This document shows, one piece after another, positions 1-10,747 of a stretch of 64,000 nucleotides of DNA. Within the stretch, counting starts at the first letter, position 1. Every line of letters starts with the position of its first letter. Both the position numbers and the translations under genes were made by a program. Source of the stretch: Vulcanimicrobiota bacterium (GTDB lineage: Bacteria; Vulcanimicrobiota; Vulcanimicrobiia; Vulcanimicrobiales; Vulcanimicrobiaceae); contig CAVRQT010000002.1 in the NCBI GenBank assembly GCA_963723515.1, forward strand, positions 416,001-480,000. Direction: 5' to 3'. The notes beneath the pieces were generated by a model. That model ran no database searches and was not told the origin of the DNA. It was given only the letters and a program-made list of their open reading frames with translations.

Positions 1-109
1 GCTCTCGCAAGTATGCGTTGGCCCGCGCACGACTGTAGAGCGACGCTGACGCCTTCTTTCCGTAGTAGAGCAACATCTTTAGCGTGAAGCGATTATCGTT
101 TTGCCGCCG

Positions 110-1453
110 TCATTCCGTATCCGGCGGTTTCATGCTCGGACGGCGATTGAGAAAGTCACGTGCTTTCAAGCGCGTCGCGAACGGCGTAAACGGGCTCACC
201 GGTTGCGTGTAATTGAAGAAATCTGACAGATCATCAGCGCGGGCATCTGTTGCGCCAAGCGAAGGGATCTGGAGCGTCGTCTCCATGAAATGCAGGACGC
301 TGCCGAACTCGTGCTGGGCATGCGAGACGTAATGCTTCTTGACATATGGTGAGACAACAATCATCGGCACGCGAAAACCGAGTCCTTCAAAGTCGAGTTG
401 CGGCGGAGCAACATGGTCGTACCAGCCGCCCCAATCGTCCCAGAGGATAAAGATCGCCGTCGTGGGCCAGAATTGACTTTGCCCGATCGCGTTGACGATC
501 GATGTTACCCATTGCGGTCCCGTGTTGCTGCCGGCTCTGCCGTGGTCTGAATTCAAATAGTCCGGCGTGACCCACGTGATCGTCGCAAGATTGCCGGCCG
601 CAATATCTGAGAGCACTTTCGTTTCCGGCGAAATCACTTTTGTGGCCCAGTCGGGACCATAACGGATGTCCTTGATCGCATCGTATGCGGACCATAGGAC
701 GCCGATATCTTCATTTGGTCCGGTGAACGCCGGCGCATATGCATGCCAACTGATTCCGAGATGGTCGAGCTCATCGCCCATCGATTGATAGGTGTAGCAT
801 GGCGGCGGTCCGTTGATCACTTGACCTTGCGCATTGAATTGCAACATGTACGCGCCGGCAGGCGAATCGCAGCCCCAGGGAATGACGACCTGCGGCGGAG
901 TCCCCATCAAGGGCAGATCGATCGTGTTGTTTGATTGTCCCGCAATCAAATATTGATGCGCAACGAAACTAGCCCCGTCGTTTGATTGAAAGAGATCATC
1001 GGCCAGCGCATAGGAGGACGCCATCGCCCAATACGGCGCAATCTCCGAGCGATTCACATGCGCGTATGCGTAGTCAGGTTCGCTGCGCGGAAACGACACG
1101 TTCAAATCGAATCCGTTCATCGCGCCGCCGTTGTACGAGTAGAGAAAGTCTCGGCGCGAGTGACCGAGATCGTTGCCGTCTTCGAGGTTCACTTGGTGAA
1201 GCAAAACGGTGGTGCCGTCGTGCGCCTTGCCGCTTGCGGCCGTGTTTGCTCCCGGAAACCCGCTGAAGAGGTTATCGAAACTGCGGTTCTCTTGGATGAT
1301 GACGACGATGTGCTGAATCGGCGACTTCATTTGCGGCGTTGGCCCCTGCGGAATCGAGCTCGACGTGCCGCCGCCTGAACAGGAACACAATGCCGCAATC
1401 AGGGGAACGACCCCGGAAGAGAAAAAGAGATTTCTGCGTGCGTGTAATTTCAT
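110..1453 (-). CDS. Phosphoesterase / phospholipase C family (alkaline-phosphatase superfamily) lipoprotein
   Basis: Motifs IQHIVVIIQENRSFDN, WDDWGGWYDHV, GFRVPMIVVSPY; signal-like N-terminus with Cys-Ser-Gly-Gly-Gly; start re-set to ATG at 1453 (uncertain). Confidence 0.85.
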   Translation of the reverse strand: MKLHARRNLFFSSGVVPLIAALCSCSGGGTSSSIPQGPTPQMKSPIQHIVVIIQENRSFDNLFSGFPGANTAASGKAHDGTTVLLHQVNLEDGNDLGHSRRDFLYSYNGGAMNGFDLNVSFPRSEPDYAYAHVNRSEIAPYWAMASSYALADDLFQSNDGASFVAHQYLIAGQSNNTIDLPLMGTPPQVVIPWGCDSPAGAYMLQFNAQGQVINGPPPCYTYQSMGDELDHLGISWHAYAPAFTGPNEDIGVLWSAYDAIKDIRYGPDWATKVISPETKVLSDIAAGNLATITWVTPDYLNSDHGRAGSNTGPQWVTSIVNAIGQSQFWPTTAIFILWDDWGGWYDHVAPPQLDFEGLGFRVPMIVVSPYVKKHYVSHAQHEFGSVLHFMETTLQIPSLGATDARADDLSDFFNYTQPVSPFTPFATRLKARDFLNRRPSMKPPDTE

Positions 1454-3777
1454 GAATCGAGTGGCGGCGCAACGCTTGCTTCCGTACGTCGTCGCTGCAA
1501 CCTGCGGATTCTTTGCAGTTGCACCGCTCATTCTTGCAAGCGGCATCCCTGCGTACCAACACGATTGGTCGTTTCCGTTTACAGTACAAGGCGTGAAGAG
1601 CGGCCTCGTCGGCCACTTCGCCCTCTGGGACGAGACCGGCTTAGGTCGACCCAATCCGCTGGCCAGCGCGAATCCGCTGCTCGTGCTCCTCTCGGGCCTC
1701 GGTTTGATTTTTGGACCGCTCGCGGGAGCGAAGATTGCAATCGGGGGCGCGACGATCCTCTCCTCATTGACGGCTGCGTATTGCGCGCAACGCGTGATTT
1801 CAGGCGATCGGCTCGCAGCCGCGCTCGCCGGCATCTTATATGCGACATCACCGGTAATTTTTAATAAAATTGCCGCCGGGCAAGTGACGTTTTGGTATGC
1901 CTACGCACTTCTACCGCTGATCTTCGAGCGCTCGCGGGCCGCGCAATTCGGAAACCGTGCGGCGATATTTTGGACGGCACTGCTGTGCGCCTTAACAACG
2001 ATTCAGCCACAGTTCGCGCTGTTCTCTCCGATTGTTGCCTTAAGCGCTACGTTGCCACTGCGCAACACACGCACGATGCTGATCGTTCTTTGCGCTTCAG
2101 TCACAGGCGTGCTCATTGCACTCGCTCCGACCGCTTGGGCAATCTTCGCCGCGCGCAGCGACCTGCTCGCGCAATTTCCTTGGCCGCTCCAGAGCTGGGA
2201 GGTTGCGCACTCCGCACCGCTGCCACTCGCGCTGTTGACATCACATTACATCATTCCGTATTACGCTACGGCGCTGCATGGAATGACGACCTACGCATTA
2301 GCAGTCGCAGCAGCGGGCATTTTCGGTACGGTGCTTGCGATTCGCCGGCGCGATGGCATCCCACTGTTGGTCCTAATCCTCGTTGGCCTTTGCTTTACGA
2401 CGGGGACCGTCGGTCCGTTGAAGTTGCTTTGGAGTTGGATGTTCGCGCATTTCGAAGCGGCAGCGTCGTTTAGAGAACTCTACAACGCCAACGCCTTGAT
2501 TGCCCTTGCGTACTCGTTAGGTGCCGCGGCGCTGGCTCGTGAAGCGCTCATCGGCAAGTTGCTCGCGCCGGCGCTCGTCGTATTCTCGGCCGTGCCAATT
2601 CTTTTCGGCGGCATCGCATCGGTCGTACACAACGTCGTTGATAACGGCCCATCGTTTCGCGCCCAAATTGCAGCCTCGCCGCCGGGAAGAATTCTCTATC
2701 TTCCTTCTTTGACGCCACTCGTACGCAACGGACACGAACCTGGAGGCGTCGATGTCTTCGCAACGGGCGATTCAAGCCATCTACCAGCGACGGAATATCC
2801 CGCTCAGTTTCCCCTGACGACGATTGCGCTATCCGGCAATATCAAAGATCACTGGTGGCAAGAACGTCTTGAGAAATTGGGCATCACCGCAATCGTCATG
2901 CGCCCAAATTTACGCAGTGAATTCGATGTGGACACTGCGGGTACTCGTCCAGCGCCGAACTGGCGATTTGTTCAGGTCCGCGGGCGTCCGCTCGTCCAGC
3001 TTTTGCCACGCGCATCCTTGCAGACGATTTCTTTTCGTGAAGCGCTCACCCAATGGGGAGCTTGCTGACGACCTCGGCGTTCTGCCGCAGAAGCCGGGAG
3101 CTGCGGCCGTGATCTTGCCGAGCCCGAGTTTACAAACCGACAACCCGAATCAGGATTGGGTCGCCTTGGACCGCTGGCGCAACCTCGCGCCCGATCCGGC
3201 AAATTCATTGCGCGACGGTGTCGTGACGATGTCTCGCACAACGTTGACCATGACATTACCGCGCGGGGAATGGTGGTTGCTCGCGGCAGCACGCAAACCG
3301 CTTACGCTCTCAGAAAGATCGCAAGACCGGCAAATCGTTGCATCGCAAGCGCAATGGATTCCGTTGACGACGTCCGGCTCTGTGCTACGGATTCGCGCGA
3401 ACGGAGGGCCGGCGGCCGTTTACCGCATCGCTTCGGGGTCGAGCTTCTTGCCCCACGGCCCTTTCGCCACCGGCATCGCGGTTCGCGAGAGCAGGCCATG
3501 GCCGTGGATTACGCACGTCGCCTTCGACCGTATTCCGGGAAGGCCCGCACTGTTGATTTTTCGCGACCGCTTCTCTGCCGGCTGGCACATCGACGGCGCA
3601 CGCACGCTATGGCACGGCATAGCTGATGGGTATGCCAACGCCTTTCTCATCGCCGATGCGAAGCCGCAAATCTCGATTGTCTATGGCGCGCAATCGCTTT
3701 TCGCTATCCTTGCCGTGCTTAGCGCGCTTGCCTACGCCGCCACGATTTTTGCGATCATCCGATTGCATTACGCGTGA
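1452..3777 (+). CDS. Large polytopic membrane protein, GT-C-like (AftD/YfhO-like glycosyltransferase); one frameshift near 3050-3065
   Basis: Many TM segments in ORF 1365..3068; continuation in the 2824..3777 frame with FSAGW..HGIADGYANAF and a terminal TM helix; its stop overlaps the next GTG. Confidence 0.6.
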
Positions 3778-4982
3778 AAGTCGCCCTCGTCGGACCTTTT
3801 CCACCACAGCAGAAAGGTGAGGCCGAATACCTGCAGCGCTCCGCCGAAGCGCTTGCCGATTTTATCCCGCATGAGAACATTCAGATCATTTCGCAGTATG
3901 ACGAACGGCCATCGATCGAAAGCGTAGACGGTTTCCTCGTTCGGCGAGCGATCTTCGATCGAACGCGTCGACCATCGTACGCGCCGCAACGAGAGTTGCC
4001 GCAAGCGGTTCTGGCGAGCGAAGCGGACATCGTCCACATCCACTTTGGTCCCAATCAAGACTATGGCGGACGTTTGGGTGAGCCGCTCATCGGTGCCCTT
4101 CGGAGTTTGCAAAAGCGCGGCATCAAAACGGTTGTAACGCTGCATAGTCAGTGGAAACCCGACGATGTTATCGCCAGCCCGGCGACACGCCGGCTACCCG
4201 CAGTTCTGCGGCCCCTCGTGGTCCAATATTTCGGTGGCTTCGTGCGTCGATTGCGAGCAGGGTGCGATGCGTTTTTGTGCGTCGTTTCGGTGCCGCATTC
4301 GCCGCTCAAAGATGAGTTTGTGCGCGCCTATCATTTGTATGATGTCGGCGAGGAGCTCTTCAGCTGTCCAATTGAGTTCTCTGCGCTGCCGCGAAATGGG
4401 GAGCCGCTCATCTTCTCATTCGGCTTCTTACGACCTGAAAAAGGCTTTGAAGTGCTGATCGAAGCGTTTCTGAAATATCGCAATCGCAGCGCGAGGGGCA
4501 AACTCCTTATTGCCGGCACGCCGTTTAACGATGCGGATCGGCGCTACATCATGATGCTTCGCGCCCTCACTGATGGACATGAGTCAATTGAGCTGCGCGA
4601 AGGCTACTTGCCGCCGGAAGAAGTCAGATGCAACCTGCGCTCTTGCAGCGTCTTCGTTTTGCCCTACTTGAGCGCCGTCGGAAACAGCGCCCCACTGCAT
4701 AGCGCGATCGGCTTCGCGCGGCCGGTAATCGCTTCGGCGGTCGGCCCCAACGCGGCGCTTGGACAGGTTGTCAATCTCGTGCCGCCGGCATCCAGCGATG
4801 CGCTCGCGATTGAACTCGGACGGCTGCTCGATGTCCCGGGGGCTTTAGCGCAAGCCGCAAACCGCGCCCGGGCAGGCGCCATCGAGCGCAGCCCCCGGCG
4901 CGTTGCCGCCGAGCAGTACCATCTCTACCGGCGGCTGCTAGACCCTTCAGCGAATCGCGGACTCGAGCAGCACATCGAATAG
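3774..4982 (+). CDS. Glycosyltransferase family 4
   Basis: MKVALVGPFPP start, FGFLRPEKGFEVL, VLPY, RPVIASAVG. Confidence 0.85.
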   Translation: MKVALVGPFPPQQKGEAEYLQRSAEALADFIPHENIQIISQYDERPSIESVDGFLVRRAIFDRTRRPSYAPQRELPQAVLASEADIVHIHFGPNQDYGGRLGEPLIGALRSLQKRGIKTVVTLHSQWKPDDVIASPATRRLPAVLRPLVVQYFGGFVRRLRAGCDAFLCVVSVPHSPLKDEFVRAYHLYDVGEELFSCPIEFSALPRNGEPLIFSFGFLRPEKGFEVLIEAFLKYRNRSARGKLLIAGTPFNDADRRYIMMLRALTDGHESIELREGYLPPEEVRCNLRSCSVFVLPYLSAVGNSAPLHSAIGFARPVIASAVGPNAALGQVVNLVPPASSDALAIELGRLLDVPGALAQAANRARAGAIERSPRRVAAEQYHLYRRLLDPSANRGLEQHIE

Positions 4983-6059
4983 CTGCGCTGTTCGATCGAA
5001 CGAAAACGATCGCTCAGCGTAGCGCCGCGCTGCCGTGGCAACTTCATGAGAGTAAGAACCATCGGCGCGGTATCGGGCACGCGCGGCTTCGAGCGCTGCG
5101 CACCATGCCGCGGCATCGTCAGCATCTTCGACGATCTCTCCGCGCCCCTGTTCCGCCATCTCACGCATCGCGCCCGCGTCGGTTGCGATGATCGGCGTTC
5201 CGGCAGCGAGCGCTTCCGCGGCAACGATTCCGAAAGTCTCCCAGCGCGACGGAACGAGCAGAACGTGGGCACGGGACATCAGACCGGCGATCTCATTTCG
5301 GTCTCCGGAACGCGCTAGAGTGACATTCGCCAATGCAGAAAGACGCCGCACATCCTCAACGAGCGGCCCGCTGCCGATGACGATAAAGTGCATATCGGCT
5401 CCATAACGCTGGTGCGCAAGTTGAATAAGGTTGACCAGCCGATCGATTCCCTTTTGAAAATGGAACCGTCCGACGAAGAGCGCCGTGAACGTGTGGGGGC
5501 GCAAAGGCTGAGGTGTGAACGCGTCAAGGTCGATGGCGATGGGAACGACATGCACGTTCTGCGCTCCCACGGAGCGCAGGTATTCTGCGTCACGCGAGTT
5601 CAGCGCATGAACGGCGGCAAAGCGTTGCATCATCCGCCTTCCGACCCAATTCCAAGCCACGTCATGCAAGCCGCCGAATCGGATGACGGCGTGGTGTCCG
5701 GAGACGAGCGGCAGATTGATTTTCCTTGCAGCCTCGAGTACAACGACGTCTTGAAACGCGTAACCGTTATCGAAATAGCAAAGGTCGGCGCCCTCGATCG
5801 CGCGCGCCAATTGCCGCGCTGACGGCAATCGCCCTCCCGATCCGGGAAGCGCGGGCCCTTTGAGCGTCTGAAGCGATATTCGCGCGTTTTGCGGAAGGTC
5901 GAGATAGGACTCCTTAAAGCGCGACGGTCGCGTTCCGGTATGCACGATGTGCAGCATTGCATTTCGCGTTTCGAGATATCGAGGCCAAAAATCAACCAGC
6001 CAACTGCGAACGCCGCCCACTAAAGCGACATCAAGCGGCGAATAAAACGCAATTTTCAA
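4947..6059 (-). CDS. Glycosyltransferase family 4
   Basis: LFVGRFHFQKG, PSRWETFGIVAAEALAAGTPII. Confidence 0.9.
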   Translation of the reverse strand: MKIAFYSPLDVALVGGVRSWLVDFWPRYLETRNAMLHIVHTGTRPSRFKESYLDLPQNARISLQTLKGPALPGSGGRLPSARQLARAIEGADLCYFDNGYAFQDVVVLEAARKINLPLVSGHHAVIRFGGLHDVAWNWVGRRMMQRFAAVHALNSRDAEYLRSVGAQNVHVVPIAIDLDAFTPQPLRPHTFTALFVGRFHFQKGIDRLVNLIQLAHQRYGADMHFIVIGSGPLVEDVRRLSALANVTLARSGDRNEIAGLMSRAHVLLVPSRWETFGIVAAEALAAGTPIIATDAGAMREMAEQGRGEIVEDADDAAAWCAALEAARARYRADGSYSHEVATAARRYAERSFSFDRTAQLFDVLLESAIR

Positions 6060-6110
6060 GCAAACACTCCTCAGAGGGAACCAATTACGGGCAACGTATC
6101 ACGCACACCC

Positions 6111-7457
6111 ATGCTGAGTCCGGCGGCACATCGGTTCAAAGCGGAGCCTGATTCAACATCGCCTGCCGCGCACCGAACTGTCGCGGTATTCGCCGAGTAT
6201 TTTCCTCCATACATCGGTTCTGACCGGCGTCTGTTTCATCTGGCGCAGAACCTGCAGCGTTGGACGCCGGAGTACTTGATAACCCCGCCGTTGCGCGTCA
6301 TCACCCGGCGTTGTGAGCCGGCACTCTTTTCATACGCGAATAACTTTCGCGGTGCAGACAGCACCGTCTATTTCGGCGGCATCCGGGGCAGTTACCTCAG
6401 CGTGCCAAGCTTCGTTCATCATCTTTACCGTTGCGGCGGACTCCGTCTTCAGCTTGCATACGCGTTATCGATCCCAATACTCGTTCGCAAGGCGATGCGC
6501 CGAATTGCAACGATGCGGCCGGCTGCGGTCGTGGTCGGACACCCGAGCTTTATCACGGGAGTCGTCGGCATTCTTTGTGCCAAACTCGCCCGGCTTCCGG
6601 TGCTGCTCGATTGCCCTGATGCTTGGACGCCGCTTGCAATTGAAACATCTGGGCACAAGGGAACGTGGATCCCCAAAGTGATGCGGCGCATCGAACGATT
6701 CGTCGCTCGTGAAGCGGACCGTATCACCTGCATCACCGCGCTCCTGGCGAAGAGTATCCGCAAAGACGGTGCGACTGCGCCGGTAGCGATTGTTCCGAAC
6801 GGCGTTGACCTGCGCAACTTTCCCGAGCGCAACGGCGATGCCAGAACAGCACGAGAATTTCGCGTCCTTTACTCGGGACGACTCGAGCGGTGGGCAGGGA
6901 CCTATGACTTAGTCGAGGTCATCGATCGCGTCTGTTCCCGGATCGGCCATCGTGCGCACTTCATGTTCGTCGGCGACGGAGGCGGCGCAGATGATCTGCG
7001 CAGAGACATCACAGCGCGCAACCTCGACCGATATTGCACCTTCTTCGGCTTCCAGCCGTACGAAGCGATGCCCGGCCTGCTCGCACGGTGCGATGTGGCG
7101 GTGCTGCCGTTTCCGAACACCGATACAACCCGTGTCTCACTGCCATGCAAGATCTTCGAATACATGGCGATGGCTAAGCCGGTCATTACGGCGGACCTGC
7201 CCGGGATCCGTGAAGTCATCCCAAATCAGGCGGCAATCTGGATCAAAGACATTACCGCGAGCGCCCTTGCGGAAAAAATCTTGGAGCTCGAAAGCGATCC
7301 CGCGCAATGCAGCCGGTTGGCTGACGCCGGTTATCGGATCGTACGCAGCCAGTTTTCATGGGAATTGCTCACTATGGCGTTCGAAAAAGAGCTTGACACG
7401 CTCAGCCCCCAGCCGCTCGAACAACGCGCGCCCGCGCTGGAACTCGTTGCCTCCTAA
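6111..7457 (+). CDS. Glycosyltransferase family 4
   Basis: IVPNGVD, LYSGRL, PCKIFEYMAMAKPVI. Confidence 0.9.
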   Translation: MLSPAAHRFKAEPDSTSPAAHRTVAVFAEYFPPYIGSDRRLFHLAQNLQRWTPEYLITPPLRVITRRCEPALFSYANNFRGADSTVYFGGIRGSYLSVPSFVHHLYRCGGLRLQLAYALSIPILVRKAMRRIATMRPAAVVVGHPSFITGVVGILCAKLARLPVLLDCPDAWTPLAIETSGHKGTWIPKVMRRIERFVAREADRITCITALLAKSIRKDGATAPVAIVPNGVDLRNFPERNGDARTAREFRVLYSGRLERWAGTYDLVEVIDRVCSRIGHRAHFMFVGDGGGADDLRRDITARNLDRYCTFFGFQPYEAMPGLLARCDVAVLPFPNTDTTRVSLPCKIFEYMAMAKPVITADLPGIREVIPNQAAIWIKDITASALAEKILELESDPAQCSRLADAGYRIVRSQFSWELLTMAFEKELDTLSPQPLEQRAPALELVAS

Positions 7458-7473
7458 GACCGTTACCAAGCCG

Positions 7474-7938
7474 ATGCGCTTCTTTAGACTGCTCGCATGC
7501 GCCGTTGTCTGTCGTGTTCGCTGCGACGCAGGCCGGGTACGCGGACGAAGGAACGGTCGTCGTTGCGAAAGCCGGTGCTACACCGCTTCTGCTTTGGGAT
7601 GCCACGCCGGTCGTCACGACGATCGTTTCCAGCAAGCAAGAGCGGCAAGCAGCGTTACATCAGTCTCGAATCGCAGGCGATGCAGATCTTAGGCGAACGG
7701 GCTTCCACCCTGCGCCATGCAAAATCGTTGACGATTCGCGCGATCTACCAGAAGACGGGCACGGTCAGCCCCGTTTACGGCACGGCAACGTTCGAAGGCA
7801 TCGAACGCGTTTTTGAATTGACGGCGCCCGCAAACGATGCGCTGATCCAAATCGAAAGAGCTCGCCGACCAGCTTGCGCGCGGAAACGTGCCGCACGGCG
7901 TCATCCTTAACGTCACGGGTCAACTACCGCCGCCATAA
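7474..7938 (+). CDS. Secreted hypothetical protein, apparently split by about three frameshifts
   Basis: Signal-like MRFFRLLACAVV, then protein-like segments in successive frames (GTVVVAKAGATPLLLWDATP / LESQAMQILG..VYGTATFEGIERV / ELADQLARGNVPHGVILNVTGQLPPP-stop). Confidence 0.55.
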
Positions 7939-7941
7939 TTT

Positions 7942-9139
7942 TTACGGCACCAAATTGCGGTACACCGTCCCCGCCGCAGCCAACGACGGCGATGCGAAGA
8001 GCACCCAACCTAACGTAACGAAAACGAATGTAGCCGCGACGCTCACATAGTGTAGCGGCATCGATGCGCCCAACCGCGCAAGCAGCGCTTTGGGGACTGT
8101 CAGGCTGTACGCGCGATGAATCGCCAGTCCCGCGCCCTGAAAGAGTCCCCACACGACGAAGTGCCAGCTCGCGCCGTGCCATAATCCTGCGATTGCCATC
8201 ACAATCGTCAAATTGAAGAGCACTCGGCCGATTTTTCGGCGGCTGCCGCCGAGCGGAATAAAAAGGTAGTCGCGGATCCACGAGCTCAGCGAGATGTGCC
8301 AGCGCTGCCAGAAATTTGAAATATTGCGCGCCCAATACGGCCGATCGAAATTTTCGACGATCCGGAAGCCGAGCAACTCCGCGAGTCCAATCGCGATATC
8401 GGAGTAGCCGGTGAAGTCAAAGTAGATCTTTACCGAATACGCGAGCGCTCCCAGCCAGTAATCGCCGGTGCCGTAAGGCGCGCCCGGCGTCAGCAACGGC
8501 TGCGTCAGCGGGGTCATAGAATCCGCGATGATGCTCTTCTTCGCGAGGCCCATCAGAACGCGGTAAACGCCGGCCGCGGCCTGCAGCGAATGCACGTGCG
8601 CGAAGCGGCGAAGTTGCGGCGCAAAGTTCTGGAACCGCTTGATCGGCCCGGCGACCATCGTCGGGAAGAAGAGGGCGAAGACGAAGAACTCGACCGTCTT
8701 AAATTTCTCAATCTTCCCGTAATAGACATCGACGAGAAAATGGATGAACTCGAACGTAAAAAACGAGATCGCGAGCGGGACAATGAGGTTCGCAAGAACG
8801 CCGCCGCAGCCGGCGTGACAGACTCCGAGCGTCGTGCCGAAGAGCTTTCCGTACTTGAAGAAACCCAGAACGCCGACGTTCGCAATGATGCCAAGCGATC
8901 AGAATCAACTTACGTTGCGTGCGTTGCTCGGGCGCCGTTTTGACGAGAAGGGTCGCGCACAACCATGTAGCGACGGCCAGCGCGAGCACCAACAAGATGT
9001 AGATCGGGACGGAGGCGACGTAAAAGACGACGCCGGCGGCCATTAAGAACGCATTGCGCATCCAAATCGACCGGACGCGCGAATAAAGCGCAAAGACAAT
9101 AATCGCAAAGAACGCGAACAGCCAGGTGTTAAAAATCAT
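7942..9139 (-). CDS. MBOAT family O-acyltransferase (AlgI/DltB-like); one frameshift near 8895
   Basis: LGFFKY, PLAISFFTF, FFPTMVAGPI, YFDFTGYSDIA, ENFDRPY, FWQRWHISLSSW, GLWHGA. Confidence 0.9.
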
Positions 9140-9175
9140 GCCTAACGCTCGGGGCGATTAAAATGGTGCGCCAAC

Positions 9176-9418
9176 TTAGAAGTCGGTGTAGATGAAGTGC
9201 GATTCCGTCGACGGGCTCAGCAAAACCGAGGCGACGATAACGATGAAGAGCACGATTCCGAAGACGATCTTTCCGGCTATGCGCGATGATACGAGCGGCC
9301 AAATTCGGCTGCGCGTCAGATACCATGCCGCGCTCAGGGCATCGGCGGTGCCGACGTCCGTAATTGTCTGCGACGTCTCCCACTCGCCCTGCGAGCGCTT
9401 CGCGAATTCCTCGCTCAT
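9176..9418 (-). CDS. DltX-like small membrane peptide (putative acyl shuttle)
   Basis: 80 aa, single TM helix, ends FIYTDF (compare DltX FIYNEF, AlgI FIYFQF); directly upstream of the MBOAT on the same strand. Confidence 0.75.
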   Translation of the reverse strand: MSEEFAKRSQGEWETSQTITDVGTADALSAAWYLTRSRIWPLVSSRIAGKIVFGIVLFIVIVASVLLSPSTESHFIYTDF

Positions 9419-9495
9419 GCGGTCACGACGCCTTTTTCAGAAACGGCTTACATTCACCCGCAAGACGCGTGCCGCGCTAAAGAGAACGGTGCCGC

Positions 9496-10743
9496 ATGCC
9501 TAAGAGCATCCAGCGCCAGGAAACGATCGTTATCCACGCCGATGCGCCGCATCAAACGACGACGGCCGTCGCACCACCGATCTTTCAAACATCTACGTTC
9601 AAAGCGGAAACCGAGGACGAGTATCTGCGTATGGCCACGGAGCCGCGCCACGATCGTTTTTACACGCGCTACGGAAATCCGAATCATACCCAAGCCGCGG
9701 CAGTGATTGCGCGGCTCGAGAAAACCGAAGATGCGCTGATCTTTCCCTCCGGCATGGCCGCACTGAGCGCTGCAGCGATCGCGTTCTGCCGGCACGGCGA
9801 TCATGTCATTGCGCAACAACACGCCTACGCCGGAACGCACAAATTGCTCGAAGATGTGCTCGGTTCGCTGGGCGTCGATTGCACCTTCGTCGAGCAGACA
9901 AACCTCGACGACTTTGAACGGGCCTTTCGGCCGAACACGCGCCTGGTCATGGTTGAAACTCCGAGCAATCCACTTTTGAAGATCACCGATTTGCAGGCGG
10001 TCGCGAACTTGGGGCACGCTCACAGTGCAGTGACGCTTGCCGACAACACCTTCGCAACGCCGATCAACCAGCAACCGACCGATTTCGGCATCGATATCGT
10101 CATGCACAGCGCAACGAAATATTTGGGCGGTCACTCCGACATCTCCGCCGGCGTTCTCGCAGCACGTTCAGAATTGATCGAGCAGATCTGGCCCTACACC
10201 GTCAAACTCGGATTCGCAATAAACGCGTTCGACAGCTGGCTGCTGCTCCGCGGCCTGCGAACCCTCGCCTTGCGCGTCGAACGGCAAAATCAGAATGCCG
10301 AAGCAATTGCGGCGTTTCTAGCATCGCGTCCGGAAATTTCGGCGGTTCACTATCCAGGACTACGAGGGCACCCGGGACATGCGCTCGCCACGCGACAGAT
10401 GCGCGGCTTCGGCGGAATCGTGAGCTTCGAGCTCGCTGGAAGCGGCGAGCGAGTGGAACCCTTCATTCGCGCGTTGTCGTTGATTACGCGTGCCACGAGT
10501 CTTGGCGGCGTCGAATCGACGCTCGTCCATCAGAGCGCAATGTGGAGAAGTTTGATGACTGACGATCAGCTGGCGGCAAGCGGTATCTCGCCGACGTTGC
10601 TTCGCTTATCGACCGGCATCGAGCACATTGACGATCTCCTGGACGATCTGGAGCGCGCGCTGCAAACCAGGGGCGAAGCCCGCCTAACGCCAACCAACGT
10701 GCGACTTAAGCGACCCTCCCGTGCTCAGAAAGCAGGTCGATAA
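9496..10743 (+). CDS. Cys/Met metabolism PLP enzyme (cystathionine gamma-synthase/lyase family)
   Basis: YTRYGNP, SGMAA, ETPSNP, DNTFATP, HSATKYLGGHSD, SLGGVES. Confidence 0.9.
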   Translation: MPKSIQRQETIVIHADAPHQTTTAVAPPIFQTSTFKAETEDEYLRMATEPRHDRFYTRYGNPNHTQAAAVIARLEKTEDALIFPSGMAALSAAAIAFCRHGDHVIAQQHAYAGTHKLLEDVLGSLGVDCTFVEQTNLDDFERAFRPNTRLVMVETPSNPLLKITDLQAVANLGHAHSAVTLADNTFATPINQQPTDFGIDIVMHSATKYLGGHSDISAGVLAARSELIEQIWPYTVKLGFAINAFDSWLLLRGLRTLALRVERQNQNAEAIAAFLASRPEISAVHYPGLRGHPGHALATRQMRGFGGIVSFELAGSGERVEPFIRALSLITRATSLGGVESTLVHQSAMWRSLMTDDQLAASGISPTLLRLSTGIEHIDDLLDDLERALQTRGEARLTPTNVRLKRPSRAQKAGR

Positions 10744-10747
10744 CTCC

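Noticed and set aside
1..113. Possible 5' end of a minus-strand gene (MLLYYGKKAS...)
   Set aside because: Too short and truncated by the window edge to support a call
3063..3626. TGC-TGA (Cys-UGA) ending ORF 1365..3068 with an open frame beyond: possible Sec readthrough
   Set aside because: The readthrough frame is Arg/Pro-rich and not protein-like, while the alternative frame has family-like motifs and a TM end; a frameshift explains it
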